Source: an uncultured Myxococcales bacterium
GTDB taxonomy: Bacteria; Myxococcota; UBA4151
Direction: 5' to 3'
Length of the DNA stretch: 26,077 nt
NCBI GenBank assembly: GCA_964013405.1
Contig: CAXGWI010000035.1
Location: forward strand, 1-26,077
The notes beneath the pieces were generated by a model. That model was not told where the DNA came from. It worked only from the letters and a program-made list of their open reading frames with translations, and made no database searches. Position 1 is the first letter of the stretch, and every line of letters begins with the position of its first letter. Shown here piece by piece: positions 17,370-25,195 of this stretch. The translations under genes and the position numbers were made by a program.

Positions 17370-18554
17370 CTAAAACGTGGTTTCATCGCCGGCGCAACGC
17401 ACGGTGAAGTTACCGCCCTTGGCACTGTGGATATGGATATCACCACAATCGTTCCGCCCCCGGGCCGGCCAGGTCCACGCGGGACAGCCTGCGCTGGGTG
17501 CGCCGTTGGTGCCGTAGACCCATCCCGTGGCCCCTAAACGGTCAACCACCTCCTTGACTGGGTGACAGTGGCGATTGTCGTCACCGAAGCTCAACAGGCT
17601 CACCCGAGGGGCTGTCGCGGCGACGAATGCCTGGGAACTACTTGTCCGGGAGCCATGATGCCCCCCCTTAAGTACATCCACACGCCCCACCTTCTGCAGC
17701 ATCAAGCCTTCCACATCGGGACTCCCCAAGCCGCCGCCGGTCACATCCCCCATCAACAGCATCGTGAAGCCGTTGAGACGCAGTTCAAGGACCACCGACC
17801 GGGCATTGTCATCGGCCGTTGAAGCCGGCACGTCGCCCGATGCAGGGACGATACCGGCCCCGAGGACTTCGCCGGCCCGGACCAAGGTCCGCATCTCAAA
17901 GCCGCCGAGACGCTCAAAGTCATCGGCCGGCTCGATCTGCTGGCGCCCAGAAGCCACCGACCGATACGCTGCACAGGCCTGACTGGTGCAGATATCCGCG
18001 TCGCCACTGTCCCGCCACTGACGAACATACAAATCATCGGCCGTGCCCACCTGCCCATCGGCTCCAGCGACCAACGCAGGAAAGCCACCGATGTGGTCCG
18101 CATCCATGTGGGTTGCTACGGCCAGATCCAAGGCGACGACACCATAACCTTCGAGGGCTTGGCGCAGGGCTGGGGCCGCCTCGGGCGGGCCTGAATCCAC
18201 TAGAATCGCTTCGCCCGCCGGCGTCTGTATCAGCGTGGCATCGCCCTGGTCCACGTCGAGCACGTAAACATTCAATTGCCCCGAAACCACTTGGATCTCA
18301 GCCGCAAAGTCATCCACGGCCAAGGCATAACGTCCTGGGGGACGCACAGGCAGTTCCAGTCGATAGCCATCAGAGACGCTCTGGAGACTCAATTGCTCAC
18401 CGTCGTAGGTTGCGATGGCCAGGCCTGGGGGAAGCCCCAGCAAGTTGATGACACTCGGCCCACTGTCGGGAACCACGGGGTGTGAGACCGTCAATGGCAA
18501 CGGATTGCAGGCCAAGATGAGGGCAAAGCTGGAACTGAAGATGAGGCGGGCCAT
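17370..18554 (-). CDS. ComEC/Rec2-type metallo-beta-lactamase-fold hydrolase, lipoprotein
   Basis: Lipobox LILA-C; DVDQGDATLI, THMDADHIGG (HxDxDH), N.RS.V, LMGD, HHGS, S.G..N.HCHP. It lacks the ComEC membrane channel domain. Confidence 0.88.
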   Translation of the reverse strand: MARLIFSSSFALILACNPLPLTVSHPVVPDSGPSVINLLGLPPGLAIATYDGEQLSLQSVSDGYRLELPVRPPGRYALAVDDFAAEIQVVSGQLNVYVLDVDQGDATLIQTPAGEAILVDSGPPEAAPALRQALEGYGVVALDLAVATHMDADHIGGFPALVAGADGQVGTADDLYVRQWRDSGDADICTSQACAAYRSVASGRQQIEPADDFERLGGFEMRTLVRAGEVLGAGIVPASGDVPASTADDNARSVVLELRLNGFTMLLMGDVTGGGLGSPDVEGLMLQKVGRVDVLKGGHHGSRTSSSQAFVAATAPRVSLLSFGDDNRHCHPVKEVVDRLGATGWVYGTNGAPSAGCPAWTWPARGRNDCGDIHIHSAKGGNFTVRCAGDETTF

Positions 18555-18599
18555 GGGGGTCTCTTGTCGGTCTGTGGCCTTTGGTGCAACCTTCCACCC

Positions 18600-20180
18600 A
18601 TGGAACGCCTCCTCTTTTCAGGTCGAAACCTCATTCTTTGGTTGAGCCTAGCGAGCCCATGGCCTGCCCTTGCGTTCTCCCCAACGGTGGAGAGCACGGA
18701 TGCTGTCGTCCAGCATCGCGGCACCCTGGTGGCAGCCACTGCGACCGGCCTGTATCGCTGGGCTGATCCTGGTTGGTCCCTTTGGTACCCATGGACGCTG
18801 AGGGCCCAGAGCGCCGCCCCGATTCGGGACGAGCAAACCCTGGATGTGCTGGAGCGGCAGCGGGCTTTCGATGAACTCTTCGAGGAGCTCCTTCCCGTCT
18901 TTGGCGAAGCGGAGGCGGAAGCCCAGACCGAGGAGCTTCTCGGCTATCCTCGACCGCCCCCTGCCCTGGTCCCGCTGGGTGAAGACGCAGCGGATTTCGT
19001 CCGCCATCCTGCCGTCGTCCATGCCCTTGCCAGTCACGGCTCCGACGTGTGGGCCTGCACGACACAGGGCGTCTATCAGGTGGGACTTTCGAGCCGCCAC
19101 CATCTCGACCTGGGCCGAGTCTGTCTCGACATGACGTTGGGCTCAGGGCTCTTGGTCGTCGCGACGGATCGAGGTGTTTTCCGGCGCCAGCCCGGACGTC
19201 CGTTTGAACGACTGGTTCAAGAAACCCCCGGTGCTTTGGTGGGGCTTGCTCTTAGCAAAGGCCGCGTTTTCGCCGCGACCTCGACGGGCGTCTTCGAAAT
19301 CGACGCCCGAGCCGTACGCCGCTCGGGAGCGATTCTGGATGGCTTTGGACGCCTTGGCGAAAGCCTCGTCGGGGTCACTGAGGGGCGGCTGATGTGGATT
19401 GGTGACTCGGGCCGTTCCCGCCCCAGCGGTGAGATCCTAGACGGCGACTTTGTGCGGGCAGACGACGGCCAACTGCTGATTACCTCGGAAGGTGTGTGGC
19501 GGTGGGAGAATGATCAACTGGCTCGTCTCGGCGTGCCCGTGGGTAGCAACCAGATTCGAGATGCCGTCGTCCGGGGTGGATTGTGGCTAGCGACCGCGGA
19601 AGGGGTGGTCCAGCCCCCGGCAGAGGAGGCCCCGCTTTCGAGCCTTGGTGTCATTCTCGACGCGCGCGAAGCGCAGATCTGGACCCAACGACTGATCGGC
19701 TCCTACAGCCAGCGGGGCCTCAGCATCGAAGCCCTGAGCGAGAAACCGGCATTGAGTCGCTGGTTACCCGACCTCAATGTGTCGTTCACAACGGACACTC
19801 GTCGAGGCTTGGGCGTGCTTGATTTAGAACGAATTGCCGACGAATTTGATCTCGAACTCGACGACCTCGAAGAATTGGACGAAGATCGCCGCCAAGATTT
19901 CATCGATCAAGACTGGCGTCTGATGATCGGTCTGACATGGAGACCAGCGTGGCGGTTTGGCGAGCGGGTAAGAAACGAGGCAGCGGCCCGGTCCCTCGTC
20001 ATGCAAGAACGTCGCCGCATCGCCCGGCGTACCTCCAAGCTTCTCGTCGCTCACCTCGCCACCGAACGGGCGATGATCCTTCGCCCACCACGCAGTCTAC
20101 GAGCCGCTGTGATGCGCATCCTTAAACAAGACGAGCAGCGGGCCCTCTTGGAAGGCCTGCTTCACCAGGAGTTCCCATGA
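18600..20180 (+). CDS. Exported beta-propeller-like protein with C-terminal half-TolC-like domain
   Basis: Signal peptide ending ALA-F; repeated blades (LVAATATGLY, VWACTTQGVY, LVVATDRGVF, VFAATSTGVF, LLITSEGVW, LWLATAEGVV); C-terminal ~170 aa paralogous to 20177-20788. Confidence 0.72.
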   Translation: MERLLFSGRNLILWLSLASPWPALAFSPTVESTDAVVQHRGTLVAATATGLYRWADPGWSLWYPWTLRAQSAAPIRDEQTLDVLERQRAFDELFEELLPVFGEAEAEAQTEELLGYPRPPPALVPLGEDAADFVRHPAVVHALASHGSDVWACTTQGVYQVGLSSRHHLDLGRVCLDMTLGSGLLVVATDRGVFRRQPGRPFERLVQETPGALVGLALSKGRVFAATSTGVFEIDARAVRRSGAILDGFGRLGESLVGVTEGRLMWIGDSGRSRPSGEILDGDFVRADDGQLLITSEGVWRWENDQLARLGVPVGSNQIRDAVVRGGLWLATAEGVVQPPAEEAPLSSLGVILDAREAQIWTQRLIGSYSQRGLSIEALSEKPALSRWLPDLNVSFTTDTRRGLGVLDLERIADEFDLELDDLEELDEDRRQDFIDQDWRLMIGLTWRPAWRFGERVRNEAAARSLVMQERRRIARRTSKLLVAHLATERAMILRPPRSLRAAVMRILKQDEQRALLEGLLHQEFP

Positions 20181-20788
20181 TGAGATTATTCCCTTTGGCA
20201 GCCGTGTGCGCCTTCGCCCTGCCATGGACGGCTCAGGCCGCGCCCAGCGCCGAGGTCCGACGCGTGTTGGATCAATTCCGCAGCGAGCCAGCGATTCGAG
20301 ACGTTCAGAAGAAGGCAGCTGCCTACGCTGCTGCCCACCCCGCTGAAGTCGATGGCTGGCGAACCCGGGCTCGAAAAGCACACTGGCTTCCCGAACTGAG
20401 GCTCTCCATCGGGCGGGACCAGAAAAGCGATATCAATCAAACGACCACCTCCGGCACCGGTGACCCCCGGGCAACCACGGGGACAGATGAGCATATGGAG
20501 ATGGACGTACGACTGCGTTGGGAGTTGAACAAGCTCGTCTACGCACCGACCGAAGTCCAACTGCGCCGCGAGACGGTCGCGGCCTCCCGGCAACGGGACA
20601 CCTTGGTGGCGGAGGTCACCAAGTTGTACTTCGAGCGGCGACGGGCCCAGGTCCGGTTGCTTCTCGACGAGCACCTCGACGTGGAAGCCCGGGTCAAACA
20701 AGAACTCAAGGTCGCCGAACTCACCGCTTATCTCGATGGACTCACCGGCGGATGGTTCAGCAGCCAACTCAAGAAGTCGGGCCGGTGA
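20177..20788 (+). CDS. Exported half-size TolC/outer-membrane-efflux-repeat-like protein
   Basis: AGGAG SD and ATGA overlap; signal peptide ending AQA-A; RARKAHWLPELRLSIG, MDVRLRWEL, RDTLVAEVTKLYF, LDGLTGG in the order of one TolC repeat. Confidence 0.68.
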   Translation: MMRLFPLAAVCAFALPWTAQAAPSAEVRRVLDQFRSEPAIRDVQKKAAAYAAAHPAEVDGWRTRARKAHWLPELRLSIGRDQKSDINQTTTSGTGDPRATTGTDEHMEMDVRLRWELNKLVYAPTEVQLRRETVAASRQRDTLVAEVTKLYFERRRAQVRLLLDEHLDVEARVKQELKVAELTAYLDGLTGGWFSSQLKKSGR

Positions 20789-20796
20789 CGGGACCG

Positions 20797-22509
20797 ATGA
20801 AAACGGCTGCCTCCTTGACGCTGCTGCTGCTTGCAGCCTGCATCGACACCCATTTGGAACCCATCGACATGACGGGTCCGGCCATCGTCAGCGAAAGCCC
20901 AAGCTCAGGATCGGAGATTAGCCTCCAGCCCACTTGGAATCTCACTTTTTCAAAACCGCTGTACCGCCCGTCGGTCGAGCGCCCGGCTTACACGGTCTTG
21001 TTGACGACCCGCTACCAATTGGATGCCAACGGGAGCCCTGAGCTCGATGACTTCGGCCAACCGGAACCCCTGATGTCTGAGGCCATGAAGGATGACTTTC
21101 ATGCCGGAACCGGAGGGCTCGACAGTGACTCTTACCGGGCCCGGACTGTTCCTATATCCGTCACGCTCGATGACGGGGGCACCCAGCTCATCGTCACCGC
21201 GCTCGAGGAGTTGCAACCGTTGACCGAGTATCAATTGGTCTTCTCGCAACAGATCCGGGACACCGACGGCAACCGGCTCCTTGTCAGTGACTGCCAACCC
21301 CATATCATTAACAAACCACCGGACTGCAGCCAGGATGAGGAGCAGGACTTCGAATACAAGCTGGTCTATACCACTGAGGCTGGCCCGGCCCTGCTGCTGG
21401 CCAGCGACCTTCCCGGGGATCTGGAGGGTCCGCTGCCTGCCGGTGCGGTTCCCGTCAACCGGAGCACCTTTCAACTTCGTTTCGACCGAGCCCTTTCGCC
21501 AGCACCCGCTGGAAGCATCCTGCTGAAAGTGAGTACGGAGAACAACATCACCGTCCCGCTGGAGCCGGAGGTCTCTGGCGACACCGTGACTTTGAACCTG
21601 CCGAGCCTTGCGAGCCAACCCGGGCATCACGCGTTCTGTGCCAACGGCCTCGACGACTGGCGCCTCTGCCCAGACACGGCCTACGAGATCGTCGTCACTT
21701 CCAGCCTCACCGACCTGGAGGGGGCCTCGGCCCGATCCACGACGCGGGCGTTCAGAAGCACCTCCGAGCCGGACGATGCGGCGCCTGCGGTGGACGAAGC
21801 CGTCGTCGTCCAAGTGGGTGAAACCCAGGCAACCCTTGTTTGGACGACAGATGAGCCCTCAAGCACCGAGTTACTGATGGATGGTGTGACTCAAATAGGA
21901 ACGCCGTCCACATGTGCCCCAGGCGATCCATGCACACATGAATTTAAGCTCACCGGGCTCGAACTGGGTCGCTCCTATTCCGTCACAGCCATCAGTCGGG
22001 ACTTGGCCCTCAACACTTGGTCTAGCGAGCCGATCGATGTGGTGCCGGTGGAGTTGCCGGATGTGGTCATCACCGAAGCCCATGCAAATGCCCGGGAAGA
22101 AGGTGGCGTGGGCGAGTTCGTCGAGATCTACAATTACGGTGAGGTCGAACTCGACTTGGGCGGTTGGTCCCTTGTTCGAGTAGGCACGGATTCCACAGCC
22201 TCCCTTCCCGAAGGAACGCTTCTGCCCGCACGGAGCATCGCCGTTCTTGTCGACGCCAGCTTTAATGGGGCCCCCTATCCAGGCCTGAGCCCCAGCGCGA
22301 AAATCGAGGTGGACCTCTTTGGCTTGGTCAACAGCAACCTCTATCTGAATCTAATCGACAATGAGGGGCGAACCATCGATGCCTCGTCGGAACTCGACTC
22401 CAACGTCGATGGCCGGAGCCTGGTACGAGACCGGGTCGACACCGACACTTTTTGCGATGGCCCCCCCACCCCGGGTGAATGGCAGGCGAACAGCTGCTCT
22501 GGACGATGA
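20797..22509 (+). CDS. Lipoprotein with two bacterial Ig-like (Big_5/SbsA-type) domains, an FN3-like domain and a C-terminal lamin-tail domain
   Basis: Lipobox LLLAA-C. Ig-like: P.IVSESP..G......LTFSKPL and L.P.TEY.L....IRDTDGN, repeated as FDRAL...LCPDTAYEIV...TDLEG. FN3-like: ATLVWTTDEPS...HEFKLTGLELGRSY. LTD: VVITE...GEFVEIYN....DLGGWSL...GRSLVR...PTPG. Start is ATG 20797 or the overlapping GTG 20785. Confidence 0.82.
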   Translation: MKTAASLTLLLLAACIDTHLEPIDMTGPAIVSESPSSGSEISLQPTWNLTFSKPLYRPSVERPAYTVLLTTRYQLDANGSPELDDFGQPEPLMSEAMKDDFHAGTGGLDSDSYRARTVPISVTLDDGGTQLIVTALEELQPLTEYQLVFSQQIRDTDGNRLLVSDCQPHIINKPPDCSQDEEQDFEYKLVYTTEAGPALLLASDLPGDLEGPLPAGAVPVNRSTFQLRFDRALSPAPAGSILLKVSTENNITVPLEPEVSGDTVTLNLPSLASQPGHHAFCANGLDDWRLCPDTAYEIVVTSSLTDLEGASARSTTRAFRSTSEPDDAAPAVDEAVVVQVGETQATLVWTTDEPSSTELLMDGVTQIGTPSTCAPGDPCTHEFKLTGLELGRSYSVTAISRDLALNTWSSEPIDVVPVELPDVVITEAHANAREEGGVGEFVEIYNYGEVELDLGGWSLVRVGTDSTASLPEGTLLPARSIAVLVDASFNGAPYPGLSPSAKIEVDLFGLVNSNLYLNLIDNEGRTIDASSELDSNVDGRSLVRDRVDTDTFCDGPPTPGEWQANSCSGR

Positions 22510-23096
22510 GCACGATCCCCCAACTCAACCTTGCCGAGGCCTGTGAACAAATCCGCCTAGGCCACGGCGTCGCCTTTCCGACGCCCTGTGGCTACGGCTG
22601 GGCCCTCGACCCCTTTCACGATGCCGCGGTGGCCCGAATCGCCCTGCTTAAACCCCAGCGCAGTCAACCGGTCGGCCTCATCGCCGCCGACCTCGAACAA
22701 GTACGTAGCCTTGTGGAGCTCCCCGAAAACCGAGCGGAACTCCTCGGTCTCTGGCCCGCCGAACTCAGTCTCATCATGCGGGCCAAACCGGGCTTACCCG
22801 AACTGATCTGTTCCGCTGTGGGTGGGGTTTCACTCCGTATTCCTGAAGGGGCCCAGGCCCGCGCACTTGCCCAGCAGTTTGGTGCTCCCCTCACCGCGAC
22901 AAGCCTCAATCGCAGTGGTGAAGCCCCCCTGTCCGATACGAGTCAACTCGCGGGCCTGCCGGATGGCGCCATCGCCGGCTTCCTTCCCGGCCGAGCGGGG
23001 ACGGGCGCCCCCAGTACCCTGGTGGATCTGCTCGGTCCGACCCTTCGTGTGCTTCGACCCGGTCCGGTCGATGTGCTCAATCTCTCGAGCAGCTAG
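22506..23096 (+). CDS. Sua5/YrdC (TsaC)-family protein, divergent
   Basis: VAFPT..GYG, WPAELSLI, VSLRIP, PLTATSLNRSG, PSTLVD, VLRPG; ATGA overlap with the upstream gene. Confidence 0.85.
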   Translation: MSTIPQLNLAEACEQIRLGHGVAFPTPCGYGWALDPFHDAAVARIALLKPQRSQPVGLIAADLEQVRSLVELPENRAELLGLWPAELSLIMRAKPGLPELICSAVGGVSLRIPEGAQARALAQQFGAPLTATSLNRSGEAPLSDTSQLAGLPDGAIAGFLPGRAGTGAPSTLVDLLGPTLRVLRPGPVDVLNLSSS

Positions 23097-23098
23097 TC

Positions 23099-23839
23099 TT
23101 GGATCGAACCCAGTTACTTCGTTTCGCTCGCCAGGTTGTGCTGCCGGAGGTGGGCGGCAAGGGCCAAGAGCGCTTGTTCGCCGCACGGGTATTGATCGCC
23201 GGGGCCGGCGGCCTGGGCTGTCCAGCGGCCATGGCGCTGGCCGGGGCCGGTGTCGGCACGATCATCATTGCGGATCCAGACCAGGTGGAACGAAGCAATC
23301 TCCATCGCCAACTGGCCTACACCGAGGCGGACCTGGGAAGATATAAGGCGGAGGTCTTGGCCGGCGCCATCCAGGACCGGGGCTGCGCCCAGGCGATCGC
23401 TCGCTGTGATGCCCTGAATCGGGACAATCTCCCCGAGCTCCTCGACCAGGTGGACCTGGTGCTTGATGGCACCGACAACTTTGAAACACGCTTTGCCTTA
23501 GCCGATGCCTGTGTGCGGGCCAATCGCCCATTGGTCTACGGCGCCATCACTGGATTTAGCGCCCAAATCTTCCTCCAACCAGCCGGTGGTGCTCCCTGCC
23601 TACGTTGCCTCTTCGAGGCGCCTCCTGCCGACGCACTCAATTGTGCCGACGCAGGCGTTCTACCCGGGGGAACCATGGCCGTCGGCGGTTTGATGGCCCA
23701 GGCGGCCATGGGCGTGGTGCTCGGGAGTTGGGAACTCCCATGGGGCTCCCTTCAGGTGGGCGACCTCCGAGGAATGACCTGGAGGCACGTGCGCCTTGAC
23801 GCTCGTTCGGACTGTACCTGTGCCAAGAGGCCCACATAG
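23099..23839 (+). CDS. HesA/MoeB/ThiF-family adenylyltransferase
   Basis: RFARQVVLPEVG..GQERL, GAGGLG, D.D.VERSNLHRQ, DGTDNFETR, PCLRCLF, C..AGVL; TTG start. Confidence 0.92.
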   Translation: MDRTQLLRFARQVVLPEVGGKGQERLFAARVLIAGAGGLGCPAAMALAGAGVGTIIIADPDQVERSNLHRQLAYTEADLGRYKAEVLAGAIQDRGCAQAIARCDALNRDNLPELLDQVDLVLDGTDNFETRFALADACVRANRPLVYGAITGFSAQIFLQPAGGAPCLRCLFEAPPADALNCADAGVLPGGTMAVGGLMAQAAMGVVLGSWELPWGSLQVGDLRGMTWRHVRLDARSDCTCAKRPT

Positions 23840-23897
23840 ACTGGACCTGACTGGCCCTTTTCTCTAGGGTGCCGCCCACTGGAAAAGGACATCTGGC

Positions 23898-25184
23898 ATG
23901 ACCGAAAAAGCAACGCTTACCTTTCGCGATCAGGAGATCGAAATCCCCGCTGTGGTCGGCAGCGAGAATGAGATCGGCCTCGATCTCGGCGCCGCCAAAC
24001 TTAGGGACCACTCGGGCCTCGTCACCCTAGACACTGGCTTCAAGCATACCGCATCGACCCAGAGCGCAATCACCTATCTGGACGGCGCCAATGGTATCCT
24101 TCGTTACCGAGGCTACGCCATTGAGGATCTGGCAGACCACTGCAGTTTCCTTGAAGTCTGCTACTTGCTGCTCAAAGGCGAACTCCCCAGCGAGTCCGAA
24201 TTAGAATCGTTCCGGACCACACTCAACCAGCACACGCTTCTCCACGAAGACCTACGCCAGTTCTTCCGGGCCTTTCCGAAGGACGCCCACCCGATGGGTA
24301 TCCTAAGCGCGTCCATGGCTGCACTCTCCACCTTCTACCAAGACGGTGACGTGAACGACCCTGAGGCGGTGGAGTTGGATGTAATTCGGCTGCTGGCTAA
24401 GATGCCGACGGTCGCTGGCTTTGCCTATAAACGGAGCCAGGGGCAGCCCTTCATCTACCCGGACAACAAACTCCGTTACACCGCCAACTTCATGCGGATG
24501 ATGTTCTCTTTTCCAACGGAAAACTGGGTCCATGACGAAGACATCTGTGATGCGCTTGATGCCCTGTTGATCCTCCATGCCGATCACGAGCAGAACTGCT
24601 CCACCTCAACGGTGCGCTTGGTCGGCAGTGGTCATGCGCCGCTATACGCCTGTATTTCAGCCGGTGTGGCAGCCCTCTGGGGCAGTCGTCACGGCGGCGC
24701 CAATCAGCGGGTGCTCAACCAGCTCGACCAGATCTATGCCGAGGGCGGTAACGTCGAGAAGATGGTTGCGAAGGCCAAGGATAAGAACGACCCCTTCCGG
24801 CTCATGGGCTTCGGGCACCGGGTTTATAAGAACTTTGACCCTCGGGCGAATATCCTGCGCAAGAAGGCGAATGTGGTGCTCAACAAACTGGGGATCGATG
24901 ATCCCCTGCTCGATATCGCCGTGCGACTGGAAGAGACAGCCCTGAAGGATGAGTACTTCATCGAGCGCAAACTCTTTCCGAATGTCGATTTCTACTCGGG
25001 CATCATCTATCGGGCCCTCGGCATCCCCACGGATATGATGACGGTGATGTTCGCCATGGGCCGATTGTCGGGCTGGATCGCTCACTGGCTTGAAATGCAT
25101 GCGCAGAACCAACCGATCGGCCGACCGCGCCAGATCTACACCGGCCCTAATCTGCGCAACTTCATCCACATCGACCAGCGTTAG
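23898..25184 (+). CDS. gltA: Citrate synthase (large Gram-negative-type subunit)
   Basis: SAITYLDG..GILRYRGY, AHPM, LHADHEQNCST, HGGAN, MGFGHRVYKNFDPRA, PNVDFYSG, RPRQIYTG. Confidence 0.98.
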   Translation: MTEKATLTFRDQEIEIPAVVGSENEIGLDLGAAKLRDHSGLVTLDTGFKHTASTQSAITYLDGANGILRYRGYAIEDLADHCSFLEVCYLLLKGELPSESELESFRTTLNQHTLLHEDLRQFFRAFPKDAHPMGILSASMAALSTFYQDGDVNDPEAVELDVIRLLAKMPTVAGFAYKRSQGQPFIYPDNKLRYTANFMRMMFSFPTENWVHDEDICDALDALLILHADHEQNCSTSTVRLVGSGHAPLYACISAGVAALWGSRHGGANQRVLNQLDQIYAEGGNVEKMVAKAKDKNDPFRLMGFGHRVYKNFDPRANILRKKANVVLNKLGIDDPLLDIAVRLEETALKDEYFIERKLFPNVDFYSGIIYRALGIPTDMMTVMFAMGRLSGWIAHWLEMHAQNQPIGRPRQIYTGPNLRNFIHIDQR

Positions 25185-25195
25185 GAACGCCTACC

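Noticed and set aside
17370..18554. Calling this gene comEC or a beta-lactamase
   Set aside because: There is no multi-pass competence domain or OB fold, and the motifs are ComEC/Rec2-type rather than class B beta-lactamase; the substrate is unknown.
18575..18588. TGGC...TGCA sigma54-like motif in the divergent gap
   Set aside because: GG and GC are separated by 8 nt, not the required 10.
20518..20784. 93-aa N-terminal extension of the LTD lipoprotein ORF overlapping the half-TolC gene
   Set aside because: Arg/Gly/Pro-rich off-frame read-through typical of high GC; a clean lipoprotein signal begins at 20785/20797.
14946..20788. ABC-2 transporter plus half-TolC proteins as a type I secretion or tripartite pump
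   Set aside because: No membrane-fusion protein is present, the genes are on opposite strands separated by the MBL gene, and the ABC genes are coupled to SCO instead.
22506..23839. tsaC next to an E1-like gene suggesting TcdA (cyclic t6A) linkage
   Set aside because: The E1-like protein has MoeB/ThiF hallmarks (R.ARQ..L, PCLRC, C..AGVL) rather than TcdA features. Its second Zn motif is reduced to CTC, a minor variation.
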